A stretch of 64,000 nucleotides of DNA from Nageia nagi (taxonomy: Eukaryota > Plantae > Pinophyta), in assembly GCA_050084985.1 (NCBI GenBank), contig JBITNC010000001.1:171554001-171618000 (forward strand). The letters are read 5' to 3'. A program made the position numbers and the translations under genes. Each line of letters begins with the position of its first letter. Within the stretch, counting starts at the first letter, position 1. Positions 1 through 13,289 of the stretch are shown here, piece after piece. The notes below the pieces were generated by a model. It saw nothing but the letters and a program-made list of their open reading frames with translations. It searched no databases and had not been told where the DNA came from.

Positions 1-1100
1 AACCCTACCTTTCTTTCCAATTTTGTTTTTGGGATTTTTTAAATTTTTGAAAAATTTTGGAGCTCTCTCATTGGCTGATCCAAATTTTGGGATTTTGATG
101 GAGTAGATCAACTTTTTTTCAAAAACTTGAAACATGAAAGAGATGCAAAATTGGATTTCCCATACTCCTAGAATCAAAAATTTTGATTTTTGAGCAAAAA
201 TGAGGGCTTGCAAGCTAGGTGCAGGTTTTAGGGGCTTTGGCATGTTTTTTGGAAATTTAGAAAATGGGGGAAACAAGCCAAAACCGCCTCCTAGCTTTTT
301 GAGGTGGTAAACTTGATTTTTTTGCAACATTGCAAGAGGCAATTTTGATCTCCTTTGAATTTTGCACCCTACCTCACTTTCCTTTTTTGATTTGACAAAT
401 TTTGGAAAATTTTGAGAAAATTTGGAGCCCTCTCATTGGTCAATCGAAATTTGATCATTTGAGGAGGTAGATTTCATTTTTTTAGGAAAGTCAAATCATC
501 AAACTTGTGTGGAATCCCATCCTACACCCCATCAAGGTCAAAATTTAAAAAAAATTTCAAATTTGGGGCTCAAGAAGGGTAGGCGCAGGTTTTGAGGCAT
601 TTAGGCCATTTTCCAAATTTTGGAATTTGAGGGAAACAAGGCAAAACCAGCGCCTAGCTTTTGAAGGGTCAAAATTTGCCCAATTTCGAAAATTCCAAGA
701 GGAAAGGTGCCTAATTTTTTATTTGCCACCCTACCTCACTCTCAAATTTTCATTTTGACACTTTTGGAATTTTGGAAGACTTGGAGCATTCTCATTGGCT
801 GTCCTTTTGCTCATTTCCCTGTTTTTCTCACTTTTGGTGTAGCAAAACTCGTCGAAATTGCGAACTTGAAAGACCAATTTGATGTAGAATCGCAATCCCC
901 ATGCTCCTGAGCTCAAAAATTGCCATTTCGGATCAACCTAGGCCTCTCAAAAGGTAGGCATAGGTTTTGAGGAGAATGAGCTATTTTTTGAAATTTGACG
1001 AAGAGAAAACTTGGAAAACTCCCCCCTAACTTTTTGGGGGTCAAAAGTTGAGTTTTTTCGAAATTTCCAAGAGTAGAGTGGCCTTAATTTGTCATTTCAC
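1..1100. repeat. Degenerate ~362-bp tandem repeat, about 3 units
   Basis: ACCCTACCT...TTGGAGC.CTCTCATTGG...GGAAACAAG.CAAAACC recurs at about 2, 366 and 728. Confidence 0.8.
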
Positions 1101-2106
1101 ACCACACCTCTCTCTCGGATTTTTATTTCAAGCACTTTGGAACAAACTCATTTTTCGGGCTCAAACCGAAGGTTTTTCGAAGGCCGAAATGCTCATTTCT
1201 TGATCCTGGCCCACAAGGATGCTCAAACTTGTTTCCCTCATTCATCTCGGGCTATACTGTACATTCCCGACCTTCTCCGTCTTTTACAGGCCCAAATTGT
1301 GCATTTCCAGCCATTTTCGGCAATTCTGAGCTCTAAGTATGAATTTCGACCATTTTTGGTTTTTTCGGACATTTCTAAGCTTGAACGGTGAAAAAACGAT
1401 CATTTCTGGCATTTCCAGTATTTCGAGCTCAAATTCTAAATTTCCAACCTTTTTGAACTCAAGATATGCAAAAATGCTCATTTCTGGCCTTTCTGAGCAT
1501 TTTCGAGCACTTTGAGCTCAAACTTGCATTTTTGGTCATGTTTGAGCTTTCTGAGTTCAAATCGTGCAAAAACGCACATTTTCAACATAATGACCACTTT
1601 CGGGCTCAAAATTGACCAAAACACGATTTTCCATGCTATTGACCATTTTCTGGCTCTCCAAGCTCAAAATTGACAAAAACACACTTATTGGTTGTAGATG
1701 CCCTTTCTGGGCTCAATTTGTGCAAAAACACGCATTTTCGTCATCTTAACTGTATTTATTGCTTTCGGGCTCAAACTCGATGAAAAACGCACCTTTTGTC
1801 GTCTTGGCACCTTTGTTGCTCAAACTTGCCAACATGACACCTTTTCCGCCTTGGAGGTCATTCACTCAAAACTCCACTGTCTGGTTGTTGTTGCAATCCA
1901 CAACTCCATCCTCTGAGACACTGCTCGAGACCGAGCCCTAACTTGGCCACTGGCTGAGTTGAACTGTTTCCATGACTATGGGGCATGCTTATCTGCTACT
2001 TTGATCATCTGGCCGTTCTGGGTCTCCATGCTGCCAGTAAGTTGATCATGCCCAAGCAATGTTGCTCATTGCCATTGCAAAAAAAATGGGTCCCCAAAAT
2101 GCTACA
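1..2106 (-). mobile_element. Partial LTR of a Ty3/gypsy element inserted into the protease region of another element
   Basis: Minus strand begins TGTAGCATTTTGGGGACCC at 2106, just where the neighbouring protease frame breaks off. Contains internal tandem repeats. Confidence 0.6.
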
Positions 2107-4241
2107 TCTTGGCACAACAAGTAGCATTCCGATCACCTTAACCTCTGTCTTGTCTAGTTAGGTAACCTTCTTGGGACTTTCAATGATGGGAATGTTTAAC
2201 CTTTTACAAACTTCGTATGGCATAATATTTCCAACCGCTCTGGAGTCCACCATGCAATTATGCAAGTTCTTTCCCGTAATCCTCATTGTTAAAAGAAATG
2301 GCGGTTAATCTCCCTATTCTTTGCCTTTGTGTATAGACGAAGTCTTCGCGTCTATGGGTTTGGATGCTTAAGTGGACTTGGGCAGCCTTTTCTATTTGGA
2401 CTTCGAGGCGAACTTGTTCAGCTCTTACTTGATGGGTTCATATTGCTTATCCATTTGAATCACATGATACACAGAGGAAATCAACTTGGTCTTCTTCAAA
2501 TCTTCAATGAAGCACAAGGCTCACCTTCTTCAATCAACTTCTTGTTTTGAGTCTACCCTTGAGATTGTTCTAACTAAGTAGGTACATGTTTTGGTTGAGC
2601 AGTGGAAGAATATGCCTCCTCCCGACAAGCATAAACATTCTTGACTTGTGGATTCGGGTGAAGAGGAGGAGGATTGACTTGAGAAGTCAAATCTGGTGGA
2701 GTGAACAAGTTGTTCGGATGTGTTGATGTGGTCATGGGAGATTTATCTCTTCTCCGAAAATTGTAAGTAGGTCAGACTAATGTTGGTTGTGCAACATAAA
2801 TTCTTCTTCTACAGCCAAGATAGGATTAGCAGTTGCGTCTTCTAGGAAGAGTAGTTGTGTGGTGTAGACTTCATCATTCATATTGTATGCCTCTGCACCT
2901 ACATCGACCATTTCAGTAAGCATTACTTGGTGTTGGTCAGCTTGAGGAGCAATAGCAACATCTGCACGCACAATCTCCATGTTTTGCATCTCTTGGTGGA
3001 AGACATTCAATGTTGTCTTGAATTCTAGACAGCTTGTTTCATTATGTGCCATCATGGAATGGATATGCACCAATTTGGTATCGACACAATAGGTATGTCA
3101 ACGTTATTGACTTGATTTACACTGTTGTTGTTGTTGACAATCAGGTTAGGTACCCCGTTATTGTTTGCAGCAGTGTTCCAATATCTATTGGGCCTTTGAA
3201 AATTATAAGCTCTAGGCATATCATTCTAATTATTTTGGCCTTGATTGCCTTGATCCCTCTTAATCTACATGATATTGCACATTTATGGCATCATTCTTTC
3301 CAAATTCACCATCGCTTCATTCTTGTTAGGGTCAATGATGGGAGTATTCGAAGTTGTTGAGGCTTTAAGAGTTGCACAAGCAAGAAAGACAGTTAGGGAT
3401 TAGAGTTAATGACATAAGGCAAAGATGGCAGAGCAGAGATAATGGGAGGAATAGCCAAAGCATTTGTTGTACTAGCAACAACAGTTTGTAAATGTCGGTA
3501 ATAGGGTAACATCTGATTCAGATGAATGGCATTGGTAGACATAGGAAAGCTTGGCAAGGTTAGGCCATTTACACTTTGCATTTTAGCATCGTAATTGCAT
3601 GCGTTTGGGTATTGAAGAGCAGGTGTCATGCTATCAAATGGATCTCCAGCAAAAGGCTGGGATGAAAATCGTTGTTCAACCTTGACAACTTCCCCATAGG
3701 CCTCTGCTAGAGTTGTGACATTTCCTTCTCTGAAAAACAAAAGCAAAGATTAAAGGATTCAAAGCCCCAAAATAAACTTGTAATGTTATACCTTGATTAA
3801 TATTACTTGGGGAATCAATCTAGAGTAAGCTTTCTAAAATATAGCATCGAATGCACGGACAAGTTCTCTAGGTTGTTGCTTCGTTGCAGCAAATTAATGG
3901 TACAACACTAATGGGTCAATGGACATTTTGAATTGACTGAAAAATGCTACCTGAAGTTTATCCCAAGAAGTGATGGACCCATATGGTATGCTAACGTACC
4001 AATCGAGGGCTTGATCATCCAATGAGAGTAAGAAGAGTTGGCAAGCCACATCTTCATGAGTTACGTTCAATTTGGCCATAGATTCTTTTTATAAATTGAT
4101 GTCCTCTTCTGTTGTTCGAGTGCCATCAACCTTGAATTTAGTGATATTTTGAATGGCATTCTTAGGCATGGCATGTTGTTGACCTAGACAATTGATGGGT
4201 GTCCCCTGTCACCAAGGCATGGGTGGTACAGGTTGTGCCAT
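2107..4241 (-). pseudogene. Decayed Tat/Athila-type gypsy gag-protease
   Basis: Gag: HEDVACQLFLLSLDDQALDWYVSIPYGSITSWDKLQVAFFSQF (3894-4079). Aspartic protease: PPFLLTMRITGKNLHNCMVDSRAVGNIMPYEVCKRL (about 2190-2305). Several stops; truncated at 2107. Confidence 0.85.
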
Positions 4242-4467
4242 TGTTGCAAACTAGATAGGGATTTGAACAATAGGTATAGGACCGAGAGTTGTGCATATTA
4301 TGGAGAGTAATTGAGAGGTAGTATCAATATGAGGCAATTGCCCCGAGGTAAAGGAATCAAACCCTTTCGACTAGGGAAGTATCATGCTCCCAATGGCTAA
4401 ACTCGCCAGATGTGATGTCCCCCTTGTATTATTGTAATTGATTTTGGAATCCAACAGATTCCCCTTT

Positions 4468-5440
4468 TGTAACATATTTTATTATTGCATTGTACTTTCA
4501 ATTGTAGCTTGGGATAGAAGACTTAATGGGTCAATGGACCCCATTGTGAGCCCCAAGTGGGACGTTGGCCCATGATGATACTTAGCCCCACCGCATGACC
4601 TCTAGACCCAAGTTAGGCATGCATGGCACTTTAGATCCCCACGCTGGTATTTATGGCTCTTGGTTACCAACATTGGGCATGCCTGACCCTAGGCCCCCAC
4701 GTTGGACATTCTGGGCCCTCAGGAGGCTAACATTGGATTAGAGGAGCCAAGTAATGACTCCTAGGTGAGATCAAGATCTAGTAAAGTGTTATATAAGGCG
4801 TTGGAGCCTCATAGTTGGATATACAAAATATTATTATTATCTTTGATACCATCCTGTGGACAAGAGTCTTAGCGCTAAGCGAACCCCTAGGTGTAGCATC
4901 TAGGAGGATTAGCAAACTGAGGGATCCTGTTAGTCTACAATATTGGTGAGGCACCCTTGCCCATCCAATGGTATTCCAAAGTTGCGCTTCTACCTTTAGT
5001 GGTTTCCAGGATCAGAGGAGGGCTCCTTCGCTGGAGAGGATTCAGGTTCTGAGGGAGCAAGACTGTCCTATCCATCCATCCAGTTTGAGGATACACATTG
5101 TGCCCTAGTTGGCTCCTTTGATGCCAATATTAGCCCTATTGGGCCTGGTATTGTATTGTTGCTACATTCATATCTTATATACAACCATTGGGCAGTTCGA
5201 TCTCCATTTTACCTTGTATACTTGTCTGTGTTTGCATCGTTGGGTTATTATTGTGCATGTATGCTTGTGTAAGCCATACGTTGGCATTATAAGGATTTCA
5301 ATATTGATATATGCTAGTTGAGGCCAAACGTTGGCAATATTGTGCTGTGTTTGCTTATTTCGGATGCCCTAGACCAGACGTTGGGGTTTATTTGGTTGAA
5401 TTTGTTAATTTGCACTTGAGTTTGTAGTTGGATCTTTACA
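4468..5440 (+). mobile_element. LTR-like fragment (TGTAA...TTACA), related to 7226-8567
   Basis: TG..CA inverted termini, TATATAAGG near 4790, and shared blocks with 7226-8567 (ATGGACCCCA.TGTGAG; CCATCC.ATGG.ATTCC; GCTTCTACCTT.AGTGGT). No TSD found. Confidence 0.6.
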
Positions 5441-6441
5441 GACATGCGCTCAAGGCAGAAGGCCGTCCAAGTTGAGCTCGAAGTGAAATTTGGTTAAGGC
5501 ACGGAATCTTCAAACTAGCATCCAACTAGAACAAGGCCAAGAGGGTAGGTGCATGGTTTCAAAAGACAAAATCTTGACTTTTTGAAGCATGCACTTGACC
5601 CAGGGAGACACCAGTTCAAGAAAAATGTGAAAATTTGGCTAAATTCCACTTGCTAAGGCCCTGAAATAGGTCAAACTAGGCAAGAGCAACCCAACGCATG
5701 CCTCAAAAAGATAAAATCTTGTCTTTCTGGGACATGCACTCAAGCTAGCACGATTAGAGCGTTGGACGTACATTTCAAAAAGACAATCTTGTATTTTTGG
5801 AGCATGCGCCTGGCCTATGAGGAGTCCTTGAAACGTTCAAAGTTGAAATATGGCAAACCCAAGAAAAGACATATGGATGATGCAAGGTCAAAATGGACAA
5901 GTTGAAATGTCAGAACGGCATGCATGCAAAGGACAAGACCCTCCAAGTTGAGCGCATGATTCCAAAAGACAAAATTTGACTTTCTGTAGCATGCTCCCAA
6001 ATTTGGCTAGTAGGACGGATTCAAAGTGCGTGGAACTTACACTGAGCCATGAGGATTCAATTCCCAATACCTTGTCCAAGTCCATGAATATGCATGTGTT
6101 GATCTAATCCTTGTGCCCATGATCTTTCCACTACTTTTATTTTTATTTATTTTACACTTTCTTTACACAATTTTCGCACCCATTTGTTTTTCTTTAAGCA
6201 TTTTTAGAAACAATCTTGCCTAGCTACGAATATAAATTCGAGTCCCTTGATCCACAAATGACATTTGTGTTGGTGGTAGCTTCAAACATCTCAGTCGTTT
6301 CTTGATTCTTACTCTCGCAAACCAAGGAGGAATAACCTTTGGGGTAACCCATCCCCATAGTGGGAAGGGGTAATGCCCTTTCACCTAAGGTGTTGGCATA
6401 TTTCTCATAATCTTAGGGTAGGAAAGAAAAACACCCCAACA
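5441..6441 (+). mobile_element. 3' part of an LTR (family C), homologous to the inverted copy starting at 18894
   Basis: Ends GGTAGGAAAGAAAAACACCCCAACA, the reverse complement of 18894-18918. Shares AAAAGACAAAAT/TTGTCTTT motifs with 21100-21540. Confidence 0.7.
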
Positions 6442-8737
6442 CGTAGAAAATTGCATGCCCACTAATAGCCTAGATGGTTGCATCAAAAATTCTCTTTACT
6501 ACAAACTATTCCTTGATCTTCTTATATATAGCATATTCCCATTCATCATTCCTCATGTAATAATGCCTGAATTTGTTGTGATACCACCACTTGGGATAAA
6601 CATTCGACACTAGGGTATTTTTCTTCTCCAACTCCCTTAAACCTGAATCTGATTTAGACCTACATTTGCCATGTAGTAATAAATAGACCAAGTAGGAATT
6701 CATATAAAATTTTCTAAATGAACCCAAATAAGCTAATTGATGGTGCAAAGCATCATTGATTACTTTGCTCCATCATATAGCCCTCCTGGAGCTAATAAAT
6801 TACAACCAATGTCTTATGTAGTCTCCCGGCTTAGTAGTGTTGTCAAGGAACTCCACAAACTGGGCTTCAATATATTCATCTCCATATCTTCTCCACTCGA
6901 AGGCAGCTTCAATCCTTGTTGGAATGAAGTCCATGATTACATTTCCCTCGGTATCCAAAAGAATCCTCTTGTCTAGTTTACAGTGCTTGGCCACTTTGTA
7001 ACACAAATTAGGAAAAGCAACAGCAAATGCCATCATGGTAGCATTAAACAACCCACAAGAGTGGATAATCTCATCTTGTAAATTTTCCTCGCTGATATCA
7101 GTGATGGATGCAATGGTCTGAACAAGATCAATGTTACCCCAGTTAATGTCACCAACAAAGGTGAATCTTATGGCGTCCCATTTGAGCCAATGATAAATTA
7201 TATCATGGTCTCTTTGTATTCTAGGTGTTGTTCATGTTCATGTTGTATATGTGTAACTCAAGAGGGAGCTTATGGTCTATGGACCCCACTGTGAGACCAG
7301 AGTCCCTTTGAGTAGTGATGTTGTGTGTTGTGATCGATACTCCTGGATTATGGAAATCCCAATGTAGTGTTGTATGTGTGGGTAATCTCGGATTGTGGGA
7401 ATCCATGTAACATCCCATTTCAGAAGGTAGAGTTCGCCACAAGTCTTGGAGAGTTTGTATGATTGGTTCTTTGGATAGGGCATCTTGTGGGAAACGTTTT
7501 GACAGGTCACACGACATGGTTTCATCAAGAGACGAAGCAGTTATGGGCTCTTGGAGTTCACCAGTCGGACCAATCTTCCACTTCATGGCCACCCACAGAA
7601 ATCTTTGAACAGCTCTATATTGACCCCTTGAAATGTGACGTCCCACTCCTTGGAATGTGAGTATGTTGTGATGTGTATTCAATGCATGTAGCAATAGTAA
7701 TGGGACCATTTGTCTAAGCTATGATGCATGATTCCAAGGCATTGCATATCTAGCCATTGGATCTTGTGATTACAGGTATCCCTAGACAACATTGGAATAG
7801 AGAGGCATGCGCATGATTCCTAGGTGAGATCTAGGAGAGACTATATATTGAGGATGGAGCTCCATGATGAGGTTAGATATTGATTATACTTCTTCTATAC
7901 AGAACCTGATCGGGCATACAAGTCTTGGCAGTGTTAAGCATTATTCCTAGACGGCATTTAGAGGGATGACAAGGTTAGGAGCCTGGCACTCTACGACTTA
8001 GGTGGGTCACCTAGTCCATCCGATGGCATTCCGAGGGTGAGCTTCTACCTTCAGTGGTCGCCAGGGTTCAAGGAGGCTCCTTCACAGAAGAAGATTCGGA
8101 GTCTAAGGGAGTGAGTCTTTCCTATGGTGTTCGGCATGCAGCGGGTTTGGAATCCTAGATCTAGATATTGTGATCCTCATTGTACCCCATACCATTCCAT
8201 AATAAAATACAGCTTGTGTCTCTCTCCATTGTGTTGTGCATTGTTTATGTATGTGTGTGTCTCTTGTATACTGGTGTTGGAAGCTTGTTCTGGCTCCATA
8301 TTGTTGTGTCACCATCGTCGGTAATTTTGTGTTGTGCATTGTTGCTGGAAGGCTTTCATGGGGTTTGCAAAGTGTTGGGAAAGCCCTAGGGGCTGACATC
8401 AGCATTGGGTGGATCTCATTTGTTGTTGTGTGTTATCCGGGAGCCCTAGGAGACCCACGTTGGTGCATTGAGGTGTTTGTATGCCCTAAAGGGCAATCGT
8501 TGGGTGTTTGAGGGCTAGAGAAGCCCTAGCTTGGTTTGTTTTTGCTGAGGGTAATTTTGGAACATCACAAATCTCCCTTTGAATGTGGCACAGGGAGCTC
8601 TGGTTTCTCTCATTCTTGAAATTCTATCTAACTATCTTTGAGAAGCCTTTCCATCTAATCTTTTATCACATGCCTCTCAAACAGCTGATCTGGAGCTTCT
8701 TGGATTTGGATGGGGTAGACTTTGCCCTGGAACTCAT
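6442..8737 (-). pseudogene. Accessory-ORF copy D (uncharacterised LTR-borne protein), split by the 7226-8567 insertion and truncated at 6442
   Basis: ATG at 8737 gives MSSRAKSTPSKSKKLQ. Left of the insertion: GDINWGNIDL...AFPNLCYKVAKH...IEAAFEW...QLAYLGSFRKFYMNSYLVYLLLHGK...YPKWW...NDEWEYAIYKKIK, colinear with 10901-12031. Confidence 0.8.
7226..8567 (+). mobile_element. Solo-LTR-like insertion
   Basis: TGTTGTTC...GAACATCA imperfect inverted termini, CTATATATTG near 7841, homology to 4468-5440. It interrupts accessory ORF D. No clear TSD. Confidence 0.6.
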
Positions 8738-9179
8738 ACTAAATCAACAAGTATATTTTGAAACTAGCTACAGAAAATGGACTGAAAACCCCTTTTATAG
8801 AGGATGCATGGAGTGTGAATGTTTGGCGCACTGCATGGGCGCCACTTGTTCATTAGGTATTTTCACTTTTGGCTATCCACCACTTAGTCAAATTTTAAGT
8901 CAGTTTCTCTAGGGCACACCGATTTGAAAGGGTGCTTTTTCACTGTGTGAAAACCTTGCGCCTGGATACTGTTGACATTCCAACACACCCCTCCTCTTGT
9001 TTTTTTTTGCAAAAGGATAAGGGGACCCTCAATTCAAAAGCAGGAAGCTTCAGAAAATCTCACCCAAACAGCATTTTGATCAGTGATGGAAGAAAGTTGT
9101 TCAGGATAGCCCAAAGTGCAACTTTAAAATCAGCTAGAAAGCTTCCTTAAGAAAAATAAGCACTTTCTGAGGAACTCAT

Positions 9180-10900
9180 GCATAGGAACAGGTGTGAAAT
9201 CCAAAAATGGCTAAGCCCAAGGTTGGTCGCACATTGCAAGAAAGATACACTTTTATGGAATGGCACAACCACCCTTTCAAACAAGTTTCAGCATCTAAAA
9301 GTGATTAAGTCCTCAAATTTTCCATTTTTTGAGGGTGTTCGCATGGTTTCTAATAGTTGCAAAATCATCTTCCTTTAACCATGCGACCACTTGGGCAACC
9401 TAGAAGCATAAAATTGGCTAAAGTGCTGGAAATTCTCTTCCTAAGGGCGTTTGCACTATTCAAATTGGTTGAAAATCCATCTTTTCGTGGACCACCCTCA
9501 TTAAAACGTTGCATATGCCTTAGCCACATTCGGCCCTCACCTAAACCAAATGGACGAAGACACTTGGCAAGAAAGCTAATATATAAGAGAAGGCCACCAA
9601 GTTCCTTTGTCGCTTTCATTTTGCAGCCCAAGAGGTGTTCGCAAGGTTTCTAAAAGTCACATGTCCATCATTCTTAAACCGTGCAACCACAGTCACATGT
9701 CCATCATTCTTAAACCGTGCAACCACACTCCTTTCAAAGTTTTGAGTTCAAAAATTGACTAAGTGTTGGGAAAAGGACTCATCAAAGGCGTTCGCATGAT
9801 TTCAAAAAGTAGAATTTCTATCTTTGTCCGAGCATGCGACCACCTCTCCTAGACATTAAGCATGCATTGAAACGGCTTGTCTCAAGTTCATTTGGCCTCC
9901 ATTCCGACCAACCCAACATGGACACTTGTCAAAAGGAAAACTATAAAAGCAAGTCTTGTTTTAACTTTCACCAAGTTAATCTTGGCCTCTAAAGTGGTCG
10001 CATGATCCATAAAAGTCATCATTGCATCTTGTTGAAGGCATGCGACCACCCCTTTCCTACGTTTGCACACAAATGATTGCATGGTTTCATAGAGTCATGA
10101 TTGCATCTTTTGAGGAAGGCCCAACCACCTTTTTGCATCTCCAAAATCAACTAAGTATCAAGTCCAAATTGTTCTAAGGATGTTCTGGTTTTTACAAATT
10201 GAGGCTACATATCTTCAAAGGCATGCAACCACCTTCCTCTTGCATTACAAAGGACATTTGTCAAAGAGGTTGCTTTTCTTCCTTGAAATGTTGCAATCTG
10301 GCAATCCAAAGCAGCTACAAAAGAGAAGAAGGGTGACTTAGTCAAAATTGTCGTTCCATTATTGTCATAGTGTTGGTCGCACGATTTCAAAAAATCACAT
10401 TTCCATCATTCTTACACCGTGCGACCATCTCCTTCTTGCATCCTTGTTCGCATTGTCATAATCTATTGCACCATTTTGTCTTGCATTAACTCATTTTACA
10501 AATTGGTCGCATTGTCCCTAGAAGATGACGTCCATCATTATGAATGCACGCGACCACCTTTTTGCATTTAAGACATTTTAGTAGCATTCATTTGGTCGTA
10601 AAATAGACCCATGCATTTTGTTACCTTTTTGTGGTCCCACCATTCATTTAAGTTAGAATTCATTTGCATTTCGAAAAAGGGATCACTGGTCGGCCAAAGT
10701 CCATGCACTCATACACTAAAATTAAGTTGTAAACGACGTTGCATGTAGGAAGAAGTCGATCACCTTGTTATCATTACCATCCAAGTCTCTTATTCTCATA
10801 TAAAGGCATACAGGCCTATTAGGCATAACACCTTTCTTGCATTACACCTAACATTTGTTAGAGTTAGTTGCTACTAACTCGGTTTCTTTGCAGGTTAAAG
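9180..10900 (+). repeat. LTR-like non-coding region with a dispersed GCGACCAC/GTGGTCGC motif array upstream of accessory ORF E
   Basis: About 12 copies of (T)GCGACCAC or TGGTCGC between 9220 and 10600. Exact 36-bp tandem duplication at 9655-9726. Confidence 0.65.
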
Positions 10901-12498
10901 ATGGCAAAGATCAATTCTAAGCTAAGCAAATCCAAGAAGCTGCAATTAGCCAAATTGACTGAGCGCAATCAGATAGAGTTCATGAAAGAAAACCCCAAAG
11001 ATCCCTTGAAGCAAGCCAAATTCAAAAATAATTTTACCAACGTCCGGGATACCAATTGGTCTACCACTAACCCAATTCGGACACTCCAAGCTATTGGGGA
11101 GTTAGACAAATTCCAAATCCTTAAAGAAGTAGTATGCACGTCTGGGTTGGCAACTGCTAACTTAATCCCTTTTGTTGTACCTTTTCCAAAACTCTGCTAC
11201 GAAGTAGGCAGACATGCCAACTTCAAATATCGAGCCCTCTATGACACCAATGAAAATAAGATCCTAGATTTCTCTCCTTCGGGGATTGAGGCCTTTAAGT
11301 GGAGTAGTGAAGGGGTCGTGTATATGGAGAGAGATTCTTTGGAATATTATGAGAAGTCTCCACAAGCTGCAAGTCTTATTAGAAACTAGATCGAAGAGGA
11401 AAGCAAAGGATTCACAGGAAACAAATTGTTAAATGCAAAAAGGCAAAACTTCTACCTCACGGTGTCTAGGATCATTAGCATGTTATCTAGGGCCACTGGC
11501 AAAGAAGACGACTTCAAGTTTCGGAGGTAGTTTACCGGATTCATTGTTGTGATCAGGAACCAGCAGAGAATAAGGTGGAGCAAGGTGATTAGTGACTCCC
11601 TCTTATTCCAATTAGCTCACACTGGCTCCTCAAGAATATTCTGTATGAATTCCTATCTAGTCTTCCTTCTCATCCATGGCAAAAATAGAAAATCAGCCCA
11701 TGCAGACATTGAGATCTTTAACAGTCCAGAGAAGCCTATATGGAGAGCTTACCCCAAGTGGTGGTTAAAGTCCAGATGGGACTATTATGTCATGAAAAAT
11801 GATGGGTGGGAGTTCAGAATCTATAAAGAAATCAAGGGGAGGCAAATGGTGAAAAAGATCTCCGATTCAGCTGTTGAGGCCATTCGAGGGCATGCTGACT
11901 ATTTTCTAAAAGACCCCGCACATACCTACATTTGGGTCTATGGCTCCGAAGTCAAACCTTATCTTTTGCCTCGATATGCCAACAACCGCCTCATCCTTAT
12001 GGAGTTCTATAGGCAATTGTTGTCTTTATAGGAAAATGTATGGAAGAAGAAAAATGCTACAACCGATCTCCCCATTTCAATCGGGGATCACACTTGCTCA
12101 ACTTGGCAAGAGGCTAAGGAGATGGACAAAGAATTATCCTACAACCACTTCATTGAGGAGGAGGCAACCTCCCACTATGATCCTGAAGGAAGAATTCAGT
12201 GCTTCTATAAGCGGGCGTTCAAGAACCCTATGAACTATGAGAATTGACCTCTTGGAGACAAAGAAAGATATAGGAACAAGAGGGAAGAGAAGCAGATTCA
12301 AAAGGTCCATTAGATCTTAATTGTTGAGGGACGTATTGATAGAAGGATTCAGAACCTAAACGATCCCCGGGACATCTCAACCGACAAATCTACCTCCTCG
12401 TCAAGAGTGAGAAGACACCAAGGAAGAACAAAAGAGCACACCACTTTGGGTGGGGCTGAGTCCAGGATTCACACTGTGGTCAAGGAAATTACCAAGGA
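10901..12498 (+). pseudogene. Accessory-ORF copy E (best-preserved copy, 3'-truncated by a copia LTR)
   Basis: MAKINSKLSKSKKLQ...DTNW...FPKLCYEVGRH...WSKVISDSLLFQL...MNSYLVFLLIHGK...YPKWW...DGWEFRIYKEIKG...YIWVYGSEVKPYLLPRYANNRLILMEF, with a few in-frame stops. Preceded by TACTAAC-TCGGTTTCTTTGCAG. Confidence 0.8.
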
Positions 12499-13072
12499 TG
12501 TTGCCATCATGAAAGAAACTAGGTACCTAGATTTCCCTCTCCAACAACTTGAAGATGCCATACTGAAGGACGTCCCCATGATTGATAGAATTGAAGGATT
12601 CCATAAACCTAGATTTCTTGCATTTTCTCCAACAAATCTAACTAAGAACAAATCATTCACACAAATAAGAACACACAATGTATAGTAGTTCTTCTAACTC
12701 TTGGGAGTACTTCCACTTTGAACCATCTCTTCTATTACTTCTCATAAGAGAACTCTCCTACAAATTTTCAAAAATTCTTCTACAAGAATTCTTCTACAAA
12801 GCTCTTACAAGAGCATTCCTATAACGCTACACAACTAGCATTTTCATGCTCCTACAAGTTACATAATGAAAAGGGTACCTCTTTATTTATAAGAAGAAAC
12901 TCACCCTTTAACCTTCTTTTTACCCAAGGGTAAAGTTAAAGATGTTTCTATATTTATTCATCTTTCTATATTATTCTCTTAATGTTTTAAGGTATCTTTA
13001 GATACTTTAAGCATTAAGTGAATTTACATTAAAGAGAAATATTACATTACAATTTCCAACACTCTCCCTTAA
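12499..13072 (-). mobile_element. 3' LTR (12499-13061) plus PPT of a truncated, probably Ty1/copia element
   Basis: Minus strand: TTAAGGGAGAG (PPT) directly followed by TGTTGGAAATTG, then TATAAATAAAGAGG, ending GGCAACA at 12499. Confidence 0.65.
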
Positions 13073-13289
13073 TGCAATATTGGGTAGAGAGTCAATTAGA
13101 CAGAGAAAGAGTAAGAGAGAGTTCTCCTCCATAGAGATGCAAGTGGAGTTGAGAACTTTTGACATCTTTGAGAAAGTAATAGAATATATATGATTCTACA
13201 ATGGCTCAACAACTTCACCATTTTAACAAATTGTTTTACAATACAATCATTAACCAAAAAATGGTTTCTTTGTACAAGAGCAATTGTTC

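Noticed and set aside
7221-7709. 162-aa minus-strand ORF
   Set aside because: Lies in an LTR-like insertion, with no domain motif and no recognisable counterpart in the related LTR at 4468-5440.
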